Notes: generated by a model not told the origin, from the letters alone. DNA of 63,282 nucleotides, filler included, from Reclinomonas americana ATCC 50394 (GCA_048213135.1; 54 parts of 54 records of this genome joined end to end with filler, not necessarily neighbours in it), one strand, 5' to 3'. Shown: positions 48,113 through 60,947, numbered from the whole stretch's first letter. Program-made: numbers and translations.

Positions 48113-49035
48113 NNNNNNNNNNNNNNNNNNNNNNNNNNNNNNNNNNNNNNNNNNNNTTAATTAATTAANNNNNNNNNNNNNNNNNNNNNNNNNNNNNNNN
48201 NNNNNNNNNNNNAGAGAGAGAGAGGGAAGGGAAGGGAGGGGGATGAGAGAAAGGGGAGAGGGAAATGAGAGGGGAGAGAGACAGAGAGTGAGAGAGAGAG
48301 ATGGTCGGGGCGGCAGAAAGGAGACGTGGGAGATGGAGCTGACGACATGTGCTGAGGAAAACGGAGGAATGAGAAGCGAATACGGCGACAGAAGAGGGAG
48401 ATGAGAAAGAAGGAGAGGGAAGACGAAGAGAAAAGCGAGGAGGAGAAGGTGAGAGTGAGAGAAGGAAAGGATGAAGTTGAAGAGAAGGGTGGCGAGGAGA
48501 AAAGAGGGATGAGAAACGTAGGAAGCGGCAGAAGAAGTCACAGGAGTTGGCGACACTGAAGAGAAAGGCGGCGAGGAGAAAGGACGAGAAACAGCATGAC
48601 GACAGAAGAGGGATCGAGGCAACAGGAGAGGGAAACAGAAGAGAAGAGCGAGGAGGAGAAGCGAGGATACGAGTGGGAGAAGGAAAGGATGAATCGCGGC
48701 AAGGAGAAACGTAGAGCGGAAATCAAACGAAAGACCCAGACAACGTGAACAAGAGGGACGCAGTGATTACAAACAAAGGACGCGTAACAGATGGTGTACA
48801 AAGAGGAGCAATAACAGGAGCGAGAGAGACACGACAACATGAAATCCTCCGATGCGAACGATTCTCACTGATCTTGCCTTCCCTCTCCCCCAAGCACAAA
48901 CGCCGAACAGAGTCATTCTCTGAGTGCAACGCAGCACGACACGGAGACAGAATGCGTGTTTCCCACAGTGTCTGTCGAACGCTTTCTCAATGTCTCTGTG
49001 TCTGTCAACCCACAGCTCTCTCTCTCACACGCTTC

Positions 49036-49282
49036 TCACTCACTCACTCACTCACTCACTCACTCACTCACTCACTCACTCACTCACTCACTTCACTCAC
49101 TCACTCACTCACTCACTCACTCACTCACACAGTCACTCACTCACTCACCCTCACACTCACTCACTCACTCACTCACTCACTCTCTCATTCACTCACTCAC
49201 TCACTCTCTCTCTCTCACACTCACACTCACTCACTCACTCACTCCTTCACTCACTCACTCACTCACTCACTCACTCACTCAC
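49036..49282. repeat. (TCAC)n microsatellite
   Basis: Direct inspection. Confidence 0.97.
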
Positions 49283-49382
49283 NNNNNNNNNNNNNNNNNN
49301 NNNNNNNNNNNNNNNNNNNNNNNNNNTTAATTAATTAANNNNNNNNNNNNNNNNNNNNNNNNNNNNNNNNNNNNNNNNNNNN

Positions 49383-50344
49383 AACACCGCATCGCAACCG
49401 GTGTATTGCATGCACTCCAGCGCGTCTTCGTAGCACATAATGTTGCCGTTGGCAAACACCGGCACCGTCAGCGCCTGCTTCACGGCACGGATCTTGTCCC
49501 AGTCGGCCAGACCCTTGCGCTGACCACGCTGGTCACGGGTGCGTCCGTGAACCGCCACCATCTGTGCACCGGCCGCCTGCACCATCAACGCGTACTCCAC
49601 CGTCTTCTCCACCGTGTCGTAGCAGCGGATCTTGCAGGTAACAGGCACCTTGCAGTTGAAGTGCACCGTGGAGATGAGTCGCGTAATCAGATCCCAGTCC
49701 TCCATCAAGTACGCGCCGTAGTGTCCCGACTTGGCAATGCGTTGCGGGCACCCCAGATTCAAATCAATAGCATCGCAGTAGTCCTCCACGTAGCGTGCCG
49801 CCGTCAGCAGCACGTCGGGATTGTTGGCGCAAAACTGGCAGGGGGGAGGTGGGTGAATGACACCAGGAATAGGTGTGAGGACTGGTGGCGGCGTACCTGG
49901 ACCATCAGCGGGCGGTCCTCGGCGGGAACAGGCGGTCGGATCATCTCGTCGCGGTACTTGACGCTTTCGAGGAAGATGCGACTGTTGTCAAAAAGGGAGG
50001 AGGAGGAGGAGGGTGAGAAGGGCAAGGGAGGCGAAGGGGGGAGGAGGAGAAGGAGGAGGAGAGGAAGAAAAGAACAAGGACAGCAGGATGGATAGTCTAT
50101 TGCATGAGCAAGAAAACTACGGGTGAGAAGTGCGTTGCTGAAGCTCATAGCATGAGAGAACAAGGAAGAGAAAGAAGAAAGAGAGAGAGAGGGAGAGGGA
50201 GAGAGAGAGAGCGAGATAGAGAGAGAATAAGAAGAAGGAACGCAGCCTCTACACAGCACATCACCTGTGGAACATGGGAGTATATGCCAGGGTGGCTCCA
50301 TGACGACGCGACAGCAGGCGAAAGGCGAGTTCCGACTGGTCAAC
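49383..50344 (-). CDS. DUS1: tRNA-dihydrouridine synthase 1 (3 exons, partial)
   Basis: [15 protein letters not shown]|...[49 protein letters not shown]. Confidence 0.95.
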
Positions 50345-50397
50345 CTGGAGCAGCACAAGGTGGATGAGATGAGGGGAATGGGGAAGGGGGAGGGAGA

Positions 50398-50442
<45 letters not shown>

Positions 50443-50552
50443 GACGACGACGNNNNNNNNNNNNNNNNNNNNNNNNNNNNNNNNNNNNNNNNNNNNTTAA
50501 TTAATTAANNNNNNNNNNNNNNNNNNNNNNNNNNNNNNNNNNNNNNNNNNNN

Positions 50553-51620
50553 CCGTGACATCTCAATCACCTCCCACAGTCTCGATTGCAGTCGAGGAGA
50601 TCGTCGCACCACCTCCGCCATCTGCTCCACCAGCGATGGTCGATCGTTCAACAGACGCACTGCCAGCACATGCTGCTGCACATCTTCCATCGTCAATCTT
50701 CTCTCCTCATCCCACGTCTCCCATGCAAACACATGCCGTGCCACACAGTGCTCCAACAACGACAGATGCACGAAACCCCACTGAGTCGTCCCATACCGTC
50801 GCACAATCGGACAACACACTCGTACATACTGATTCTTGTGACCGAGGAACTTGTCAAACGGTGCCTCTTCCACTCGTCGCAAGGCGAGTGGAGCGCCGCC
50901 AAAGTCATCATCACCTGATCGACTCTCCATCACAGACACACGCACCACGTTCCCCTCGTGCATCAACCGTGCCAGTCCCTCACAGAACGAAAGACACGTC
51001 TCCTCATTCGGCACACGCTCCGCACCGAGACGCGCCTGCCTCTCCTGCTCCCTCACAATCCACTGTCGAATGAATCGGTCAAACACATCACGCCGAGTCG
51101 GTCGTTGCACGCCACTTGCCACCAACTGCGGCAATACACGAGCCACCACTGCCAGCAGGAACGGATTCGACACCAGTGCATCCAGTCCATGCACACTCCT
51201 CAGTGCACGAATGTACTCCTCGGCAGTCGACCATCGCACTTCACCTTCATCATCTTCATCACCACCCACTTGCACCAGTCGCTCAAAGTACTCCTCGATC
51301 TGCTCCTTGGTAAACGGCGCAATGTGTCGCTCCATCAGCTGCTGCACGCACAATTGTCCACTTGCATCCACCGGTGCAAACAACCGTCGATACTGTGTCA
51401 CACCACCCAGTGCCGTCAGAGCGTAATCGCCTCGGCAGGTGATAATCACCTTCACATCGCGACACACATCCAGCTGGTTCTTCACAAACAGATTCACACC
51501 ACGATACAGCTCGTCGTACCCGTCGAGCAACAACAGCAGAGGTTCCTCCTTCAATCGTCGCACATCCGACTCCAATCCCAACTCGGGTGACAGTCGCTCC
51601 AGTGCCTCCTCCAACAGTCG
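50553..51620 (-). CDS. Intronless NACHT (STAND NTPase) fragment: Walker B, sensor 1, HD1, winged helix
   Basis: LLLLLDGYDEL, KVIITCR, IAPFTKEQIEEY, NPFLL, WGFVHLSLLEH; open across the contig. Confidence 0.85.
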
Positions 51621-51899
51621 CNNNNNNNNNNNNNNNNNNNNNNNNNNNNNNNNNNNNNNNNNNNNTTAATTAATTAANNNNNNNNNNNNNNNNNNNNNNN
51701 NNNNNNNNNNNNNNNNNNNNNAAATGCAACACACTCACTCTCCTTCTCTCCTTCGCTCTCTTTGCACACGCACGCAGTGGGGAATGACACTGACACAGAA
51801 CAGAACAGGGAACACACGAGCTCACTTCCGCTCAACAGCAGCTGGCGATCTGATTAGTGGGACTTGTGTGACAAATCCTTTCTCCTCTCTTCCTTCGTC

Positions 51900-52790
51900 A
51901 TGACCACCTCCCTCCTCCACCCGCTCCTCCATTGGAACCACCACCACAGCGTCATCAGACACGTTCTCCTCTCCCTCGACACACACCACCTCTTCACCGT
52001 CGACCGCGACGGCGACATGAGTCTGCGCATGTGGTCGCTGCTCACAGGAAGAGAAGAGCGCATCATCACCAGCTGCGTGCACGCACTGGCAGTGACACCC
52101 GACGGACTTCACGTGGTCACTGGCGGCAAGGACTGTACTGTGCGCATGTGGGAGGTGAGCAGTGGACGGGAGGTCGCGTGCATGCTCGGTCATGCGGCCA
52201 TTGTGAGAACAGTGGCGGTCTCTGGCGACGGGCAGTGGGTGGTGAGTGGAGGCGACGACCGCACAGTGCGAGCGTGGCGTTTGCCGTGGTGTGAATCATC
52301 ATCTTCTGGTGTCGTTGTGCCGGCCACGTATGAAGTGGCGGCGGTCGCGATGTGCGCCGACCATGAGCACGCACTGTACAGTGACATGCGCAGCGTGTGC
52401 ATGTGGCACATGGGCAATGGGCAGCACGTGCAGCGGTGGAACTTGATCTTGGTGTCGTCGTTCAGCGTCGCTCCGAGTGGCGACTCTTTCGTGTATTGCG
52501 CGCTCGGCACCTGCGCGTCCTTTTCACTGCGCAGGGGCATGGTGACGCGCAAGTACCGGAGGTCGCAGCACCCGGGGAGCGTTGTGGGCAATGCCGTGCT
52601 GACACCGAACGGGCGTCACGTGCTTGGTCTGTGCTCCGGCGGGCTGCTGCAGGTGTGGTCGACGGCGACGGCGGAGATGGTCGACGCGATCGAGACGAAT
52701 GACAGGCACACGTCGGTGTGGGGGCAGACGCTGGCTGTGGCACGCGACGGGGAGTCTGTGGTCACAAGTGACTCGCTGAAAGTGGTGCAT
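51900..52790 (+). CDS. Intronless WD40 protein, 5' part, with canonical and degenerate repeats
   Basis: VTPDGLHVVTGGKDCTVRMWEVSSGREV..LGH; WSLLTGREE; TPNGRHV. Confidence 0.85.
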
Positions 52791-52951
52791 NNNNNNNNNN
52801 NNNNNNNNNNNNNNNNNNNNNNNNNNNNNNNNNNTTAATTAATTAANNNNNNNNNNNNNNNNNNNNNNNNNNNNNNNNNNNNNNNNNNNNGTGTGAGCGA
52901 GAGAGACAAGACAAGGAGAGAAAGACAAGTGCCGAGCTGTCAACGCAACGT

Positions 52952-53920
52952 ATACCGGAGGTGCCACATACATGCTCATCTGTCGACCGGCAGCGACACG
53001 GCCAGCACCGGCACCAGTGGCAGTTGCTGGGCGGCCGGGGTGCATCGAGTGACGAGCGTTGAAGACGGCCTCCATGTTGATCTCGCGACCACTCAAAATG
53101 TCGTCCAGACTCTGCGGGTTGGCGGAGAACCCCATGTCGTCATCGTCCTGCTGCTGCTGCTGTCGCTGCGTTCGCCTGTTGGAGGACAGGTTGAACTCAC
53201 GAGGCTTGGTCGCCGGCTTCTTGGCCGAGAGTGCAGAAGCCGGTGGCAGCAGTGGCACGGCCATCACGGAGTGGTGGTGAGGGGTCTCGGCCACTGCTGC
53301 TGCTGCTGGGGTGCGCTCCACTGCGGCGCTGCGCGGTCGGTTCACCCGAGTGTTGGTGGCAAAGTTGAACTCCTTCGGTACCTGTCGAGGCTCAACAAGT
53401 GTCAGCGCGAGCGCGTCCATCAGTTACGAATGCAGAAGGAAGGAATGCACCGTGGTCTTCTTGGGCTTGACGACGGCTGCTGGCTTTGGCATTGACTCCT
53501 CGACGACGGCAGGTCTCGGTGTCTCCTTCTCCTTCAGCTGACGCTGTCGAGCACGCGCCTCGGTGCTGAACTTGGGCGACTGAGGCCGAGTTGCGACGAC
53601 CGCGCTGCCTGCCGCGCTTGTCGCCACAGCGGCTGCCGTTGAGCGTGGCAAACGCGACTTGACAGCGGGTGCAACGACAGCCGGTGTCTTCTTGTCCGCT
53701 GCCGTACGCGCACTCTGCGGACGAGTGCGAGTGGCAGGTGCTGGAATGGACGATGTCGCCGATCCAATAGCAGCAGCAGCTGCAGCCAATGGCGCAACAG
53801 TCGCCTTGGCCGGTGGCGGAGAGACCAAGACGTCGGCCAGAGGCAGGCGGGCTGGAGACTTGGTGACCATCTTTGGTGACGCGGTGGGCACATTCGAGTT
53901 GCCGGCAGTCAACCTGTGGC
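52952..53920 (-). CDS. TPX2-like microtubule-associated protein fragment
   Basis: Repeated motifs TRPQSPKFSTEAR, VPKEFNFATNTR, TKPREFNLSSNRR. Confidence 0.55.
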
Positions 53921-54467
53921 ACGGCGACCGAGTGAGTATACGAGAGAGAGAGAGATCGNNNNNNNNNNNNNNNNNNNNNNNNNNNNNNNNNNNNNNNNNN
54001 NNTTAATTAATTAANNNNNNNNNNNNNNNNNNNNNNNNNNNNNNNNNNNNNNNNNNNNAGAGAGAGAGAGAGAGATATGACCGGATAATCTTGCAGATTG
54101 CCACAAACAAAAGACGCGGAGACGTTGATCGCGCACGCGAAGGCAATCACGTGCTGTCTCTCAATATATATATATATGTGGGGGTGAGTGATGGCAGCAA
54201 GTGAGTCAGCGAGTATGTCAGTGAGCACGACAGGAAGTAAGCCATTGAATGAGTGAGTGTGTCTCTCAAGGTGTGTCTGTGTGTCTATGCATGCCTCTGA
54301 TAAAATCCACACAGACTGTCAACGATGCGACGGAAGACTCCTGCTGAACACAGCTACAGTCGTCACCCCCTCACTGTACCATGCCCAACAGATTACTCAC
54401 GAGACGTACATGTAGGCAGCACAGTCATCGTTGAAATTTTCTCTCCTCTGCCCTCACTGCAGCGGCT

Positions 54468-54719
54468 CTAGCTCAGCAGATCGAGTACCGCGTCGTAAAA
54501 GTCCTTTTGTGGGTTCTTCTTGGCCTCGAATCCCATGCGAATTGCGTCATGGAAGAGCTGTGAGGGAAGAGGGGTGAGGAGGGAGGAAGGAGAAAGGGGA
54601 GAGGGGAAGGGGCGAGAGAACCTTGACGACGTTGGTGCCGTCGCTGGCCGAGCAAAAGTAGAAGGGGAGGTTGCGCTTGGTGGCGAAGTTGAAGGATTTG
54701 TTGGTGACGCTGTAGTCGA
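54468..54719 (-). CDS. RABL2: Rab-like protein 2, last two exons
   Basis: DYSVTNKSFNFATKRNLPFYFCSASDGTNVVK|LFHDAIRMG...KDFYDAVLDLLS*. Confidence 0.9.
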   Translation of the reverse strand, partial: STTASPTNPSTSPPSATSPSTFARPATAPTSSRFSRPFPSPLSPSSLLTPLPSQLFHDAIRMGFEAKKNPQKDFYDAVLDLLS

Positions 54720-55224
54720 CTGCGGGGAGGGGAGGGAGGGGAAGGAGGTGAGGAAGGGGGAAGAGGAGAGGAAAGAGAAGACATGAGAAACGAGAGAGAT
54801 GTAGGCGATTGATGAAGTGAGGGAATAGGGTGACAGGCAATGTGCGTAAGTGGGAAAGAGAATGCAGGATTACTGGAAGGATACTCACAGCGAGGAGGGG
54901 CGCGAACGGCAACCAGGATGACAGAAGGAATGAGTGAATGGGCTTGTTGGATATGCGGGTGGCAAGAGAAGAGAGGCATTGCAGATAGCTCAACGACATG
55001 AGGAGAGAAATGGGGGAGAGAGAGAGAGAGAGAGAGAAGAAACGAAAGAAGACGACGACGAGAGGAGAAGAAGAGAGAGAAGAAGAGACGAGGAGGAGGA
55101 GGACGACAGAGAGACGAGAGAGAGNNNNNNNNNNNNNNNNNNNNNNNNNNNNNNNNNNNNNNNNNNNNTTAATTAATTAANNNNNNNNNNNNNNNNNNNN
55201 NNNNNNNNNNNNNNNNNNNNNNNN

Positions 55225-56291
55225 TGTGCGCAGCTGAGTGTGAGTGGATCTGTGTCGATATCTGCTGCGAGTGGAACGAGTGGATGCAGTGTGCTTGTGA
55301 ATGGCGGCACGCTGACGTGGGGAGCGACACCGGCGGCGACTGTGCTGGGATGCAGTACGACGGTGCAGAGCAGTGGCACATTGTCGGTGAGTGGCGCTTG
55401 TCTTTGTGTGTGATAGAAAGAGAGAGGGGGGAGAGGGAGAGAGGGAGATTATGTGGCGATTAACTGACATGGGGTGGTGGCGATCAGGTGAGTGGATTGA
55501 TGTCGCTGACGGCGAGCGGCACGCTGACGGGAGGCACACTGCAAGTGGTGAGCGGCGGCACACTGCTTGTGCAGTCGAGTGTGTCGGTGGACGGAACGAG
55601 TACGCTGTCGTCGGCGGGAACGCTGACGCTGCCAACGAGTGCGTCGTCGATCAGCGTGGCGGCCGGCGGCAAGGTGCAAGTGACGGCGGGTACGGTGACG
55701 CTGCAGCAGGCGAGCTCGATTGTGTGCAGTGGTGCGACGAGTGTGTGCTCGCTGGTGAGCGCCACTGTGCAACTGCAAGACGGATCGCGTGTGCGAGCCG
55801 GTGGCAAGCTTGATTTGTCGTCGTCGACTGTGAGTGTGTGTGCGGCGTGCTCGATTGGTGCGCAGAGCGGCGCATGCTTGGTGTCGATGGGAACGTCGAT
55901 GACTGTGAGCGGCGGTGCTGTGATTGTGGAGGGCGGCATTGGCGCGTGTGTGGGGACGACGACGGTGGGATGCGGAAGTGTGACTGTGGCGAGCAACGGC
56001 TTGTTTGTGTACTCCTCGACGGCGGCAATGTTGTGTTCGACGGTGACGGTGCAGAGTGGGGCGGTGTTTGGCACGATGGCGACGTCATCGACAAGTGATG
56101 CCGACAGTGTGAGTGGCAGCGCACGCAACACGTTGGCGCTATCGCGTCTGGCGGCGAGTACGAGTGGAACGTTGGGGGTGGTGACTGTGTCGGGCAACTT
56201 TGTGGGACAGGCGTCGTCGATTGTGGTGAGCGAGAACCAAGTGCGTGTGCAGGGTGCGGCGAGCACGATGAGCAGTAATGTGCTGCGTGGC
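55225..56291 (+). CDS. Ser/Thr/Gly/Val/Cys-rich repetitive beta-rich (adhesin-like) protein fragment, 2 exons
   Basis: Recurrent TV.SGGTL.V-type strands; intron ~55390-55487. Confidence 0.6.
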
Positions 56292-56391
56292 NNNNNNNNN
56301 NNNNNNNNNNNNNNNNNNNNNNNNNNNNNNNNNNNTTAATTAATTAANNNNNNNNNNNNNNNNNNNNNNNNNNNNNNNNNNNNNNNNNNNN

Positions 56392-57457
56392 TGCATATAC
56401 CACATGTTCTGTTCGAGACTTGCGGGGTGCAGTGTTTCTGGCTTCATCGCACCGCTTCGCATGTCAGCTTCCTCCGTCAGTGCTTGCGAGTGCGCATGGC
56501 ATCCAGTTCAGTGCCGCCCTCAGCGGCGGAGCGCCAATGACCGAAGTTGTACTTGATGAGAACCCGATAGTGCTTGGCATCGACGTGAGTGGAGATGCAA
56601 GTGTCCGGTTCGGGGGTCATGTCGACGTCGTGGTGAACACGACGAGCGCTATATCCTCGGCGTCTGTAGTCTGGTGCAGGTACGATGGTAGGACCTCGGT
56701 TGCCGGTGATGTGACGGCAAGTGGCACTGTGCGGTGTCGCGTGCCGTTGCTCGCAGCGCCAGCGTCGCGTTTCAGTGGATACAGTGCTGACGGTCCGTGG
56801 CCAGTGTCGATGGAGATAGCTGTTGGTAGCCGCGGATCGTACGTAGGCAGCGCTCGTACTTCGTTGTTTGGGTCCTACGGCTATGCGGCCAATGTAACGG
56901 CTGTGACCTTGGAAGCTGTGGATGATGCGTCGTCCTTGTACACGAAAGTAAGTATCACAGGACGGTACCTGTACTCCGATGCGTTGTGCTGGTGGTTCGA
57001 TGGGGTGAGCACAATATCGACTCCTCTGAGACTGTCCGTTCTCGGTGTGCAGTCTGAACGAGTTACATGTGCCATTCCTCTGAGTGTCTCCGGGTTTGTT
57101 ACTCTCTCAGTGAGTCCTGAAGGCGATTTGGTGTCGCCCCTTGTTGCGCTTTCTGTCAATGGACCATCGGGCGTGTATGGCTTCGGTCCGTCACGAGTAG
57201 TGTTCGGTCAGCGTCAGCAGGTGGTTGTCAGTGGCCGCGAACTTGGCACCAGGGGTGTGGTTGGAGATTGGCAAGTCGGTCCGTCTAGCAGAGCGTGTAC
57301 GAGTGGCTCTGGTCGAAGCCATGCCCGGTTCTGGTTGTCTACTGTGCGAAGTGTGTGCGATGTAGACCTGCGAGTGTCTTCTACCGGCTCGGATGAGGCG
57401 AATGGTGTTCTTCGCAGTGGTCGACTCGGCCTTGTTCCAGGTGTGCTCGCGGGATTT
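56392..57457 (+). CDS. Intronless IPT/TIG-like repeat protein fragment (copy A)
   Basis: WCRYDG...TVRCRVP, VSITGRYL...VTCAIP, FGPS...VVVSGREL. Confidence 0.65.
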
Positions 57458-57557
57458 NNNNNNNNNNNNNNNNNNNNNNNNNNNNNNNNNNNNNNNNNNN
57501 NTTAATTAATTAANNNNNNNNNNNNNNNNNNNNNNNNNNNNNNNNNNNNNNNNNNNN

Positions 57558-58623
57558 AAATCCCGCGAGCACACCTGGAACAAGGCCGAGCCGGCCACTG
57601 CGAAGAACACCGGTCGCCTCATCCGAGCCGGTAGAAGACACTCGCAGGTCTACATCGCACACACTTCGCACAGTAGACAGCCAGAACCGGGCATGGCTTC
57701 GACCAGAGCCACTCGTACACGCTCTGCTAGACAGACCGACTTGCCAATCTCCAACCACACCCCTGGTGCCAAGTTCGCGGCCACTGACAACCACCTGCTG
57801 GCGCTGACCAAACACTACTCGTGACGGACCGAAGCCGTACACGCCCGATGGTCCATTGACAGAAAGCGCAACAAGGGGCGACACCAAATCGCCTTCAGGA
57901 CTCACTGAGAGAGTAACAAACCCGGAGACACTCAGAGGAATGTCACACGTAACTCGTTCAGACTGCACACTGAGAACGGACAGTCTCAGAGGAGTCGATA
58001 TTGCGCTCACTCCATCGAACCACCAGCACAACGCATCGGAGTACAGGTACCGACCTGTGATACTCACTTTCGTGTACAAGGACGACGCATCATCCACAGC
58101 TTGCAAGGTCACAGCCGTTACATTGGCCGCATAGCCGTAGGACCCAAACAACGAAGTACCAGCGCTGCCTGCGTACGATCCGCGGCTACCAACAGCTATC
58201 TCCATCGACACTGGCCACGGACCGTCAGCACTGTATCCACTGAAACGCGACGCTGGCGCTGCGAGCAACGGCACGCGACACCGCACTGTGCCACTTGCCG
58301 TCACATCACCGGCGACCGAGGTCCTACCATCGTACCTGCACCAGACTACAGACGCCGAGGAAATAGCGCTCGTCGTGTTCACCACGACATCGACATGACC
58401 CCCGAACCGGACACTTGCATCTCCACTCACGTCGATGCCAAGCACTATCGGGTTCTCATCAAGTACAACTTCGGTCATCGGCGCTCCGCCGCTGAGGGCG
58501 GCACTGAACTGGATGCCATGCGCACTCGCAAGCACCGACGGAGGAAGCTGACATGCGAAGCGGTGCGATGAAGCCAGAAACACTGCACCCCGCAAGTCTC
58601 GAACAGAACATGTAGTATATGCG
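57558..58623 (-). CDS. Near-identical copy B of 56392-57457
   Basis: Reverse complement, same length, only a handful of amino-acid differences. Confidence 0.65.
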
Positions 58624-58723
58624 NNNNNNNNNNNNNNNNNNNNNNNNNNNNNNNNNNNNNNNNNNNNTTAATTAATTAANNNNNNNNNNNNNNNNNNNNN
58701 NNNNNNNNNNNNNNNNNNNNNNN

Positions 58724-59127
58724 CTCGTGGTCGAGCGTCAGCTGCTCGCCGCACACCGTCAGGCTCTCGCGCATGAACGCCAGGCACTCCTCGTGGTTGC
58801 GGTAGCCAAACTCGAGCACCAGGCGACGCATGGCAATGCCCATGCGCGCGCGCTCCTCCAGTGTCACGCGATTGATGGGGCCGTTGATGGCCAGGCTGTC
58901 CTCAAACATGGCGCGGTGGAGGCGCATGAATTCGTCGGCCATGTCGGCGCGGCCGAGCATCTCGGCCAGCAGCAGGCGCAGCTGGAGGGTCTCCTCGCCG
59001 GAGAGGTCGCCGCGGGCGTCGAGGAAGGCGGTGAGGGTTTCGCGGAGGGTGGTGCAGGCGACCTCCAGGAATTTTTGTTGCTCAATGAGCATCCAGGCGG
59101 AGCGGATGCGGCATTCCAGCGTGCGCT
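58724..59127 (-). CDS. TPR-like (kinesin-light-chain type) helical repeat exon; further exons upstream
   Basis: G..GEETL, NGPINRVTL, LTLDHE-type repeat ends. Confidence 0.5.
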
Positions 59128-60572
59128 GCGCAGGAGGGATAAGGGATAAGGGATAAAAGGGGAAAGAGATAGTAAGGGGAAAGAGATAGTAAGGGGAAAG
59201 GGAAAATAAGGGGAAAGGGAAGGGGAAAGAGTGGGGAGGGAAGACATGCATAATTCTACATCAGAGGAATGAAGAGAGAAACGCCGAGAAGGCGAGAAAA
59301 CTGTCAACCACATGCAGAAAATTGAGTCCCAAACGCAACTGGGTGTCCGGCGCCCAGCGAGGCGGCGAGCTGCGTGGCGAGGTTGGAGTACTCGGCCTCG
59401 GCGTCGCCAAAGCTGCAATTGCGCGCGTGTTAGCGACAGAATAGATCACGTCTCATGCTACCCGCCGCTCACCGTCCATAGCGCTGCAGAACGAGCACAA
59501 AGTCGTAGCGCGCATGCAGGGCGCGCTTGCTCGTGGCTCCAAACTGTTGCTCGATGGCCTCGAACTTCTTGCTGTAATTGCGCGCGCAAATAAGCTAGGC
59601 AGCATCTCAAAAATGCCCTGCGATTCACACCCACCGCGCGTTGTAGATGCGGTACGTGGCCAAGTCGCACACCTCGTCCGTCTCAATCGGAGTGATGATG
59701 CCGGCGGCACTGACGGTGGACGACACGCTGTCGCTGCGGTCGCCGTCGGCGTCGGCGGCCGAGGAGCCGGAGCCGGAGCCAGAGGCTGNNNNNNNNNNNN
59801 NNNNNNNNNNNNNNNNNNNNNNNNNNNNNNNNTTAATTAATTAANNNNNNNNNNNNNNNNNNNNNNNNNNNNNNNNNNNNNNNNNNNNTAAGAAAAGGAT
59901 GACAAGAGATGATGTGCGCACACTCAGGCCACGAGCGCGCGCACACAGGGAGATACATGCACGGAAGAGTGTGGTTGGCGAGAGAGGGGGAGAGCAAGTG
60001 AGAGAGTCAAGTTGGTGAGAGAGTGCGTGAGTGCGCCATCACCACCACCGCCACCACCTCACCAAAGTGAGGCGACAGAGCACAGGCAAGTGTGGGCCAC
60101 AGACACAGGGACACAGTGCAGTGCACCGGCAGCGACAGAGCGAGAAACAAACGAGTTTCGGGCAAGTGCGTGAGTGTGAGTTTGCGTGCATGGCGCTGCC
60201 TGGTTTTCACGCACTCCCCACACGCACAACCAAACTTGCTCCCGCACGCGCACGACACACACAGGCACACTCTACACACACAGACACATGGTGCGACGTG
60301 CGTGGCACACGAAAAAGAAACACAATCGGGGGCCGCACGGCGCAAGTGCGTGAGATGCCCACGCACAACACACACACACACACCAACAAAACAAACACCA
60401 CAAAACACAGCCGCACACTCACCGACGTTCCGACGGTGACAGTGCCATGGGCGATGCTCGGCGGGCCACAAAACGCAAAGATAAGCGAAAAAACGAAAAA
60501 GGCGGGAAGGAAAATCTCATCATATCACTCGTTTGGGAGAGCAAGCGAGCGAGCGACGCAGCAACAACAGTG

Positions 60573-60947
60573 ATGAGTGCCGATGCGTCGGAAACGGCAC
60601 TAGCGGAAACGCACAAGCTTACAGGCGGAGGAGACACAGAGCAGGCGTTCAAGTGCCGACAGTATGCCAGCGAGGGCGCAGTCATGTCTACGGCCTGTGC
60701 GTTTGGCGTTGCATGTGCTGTGCTGTACACACGCACTCTGTGTCCGTCGGTGCCCGGCGGTGACTCGGGCGAGATGATTGGTGTTGGTATGTTGAGAGTG
60801 TGTGTCCGCGTGTTCCCGCGCGATTTTTTGCATTGTGCGCTCTGATCCTCGGCATGCAGCGGATGCGCTTGGTGTGGCGCATCCACCCGGCTACCCGCTC
60901 TTTACGATCCTTGCCAAGGTTGCCATTGTCGCGCTGTCGCCTTATGG
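60573..60947 (+). CDS. TMEM260: TMEM260 (DUF2723) protein O-mannosyltransferase, first two exons
   Basis: [41 protein letters not shown]. Confidence 0.92.

Noticed and set aside
50553..52790. NACHT and WD40 genes as a linked locus
   Set aside because: A linker separates them, so adjacency is coincidental. The same applies to 35940-36713 and to the ABC permeases at 27461-29343, which appear to come from different bacteria.
56392..58623. 1-kb inverted repeat or giant hairpin
   Set aside because: Two separate equal-length contigs placed side by side by length sorting; their orientation is arbitrary.
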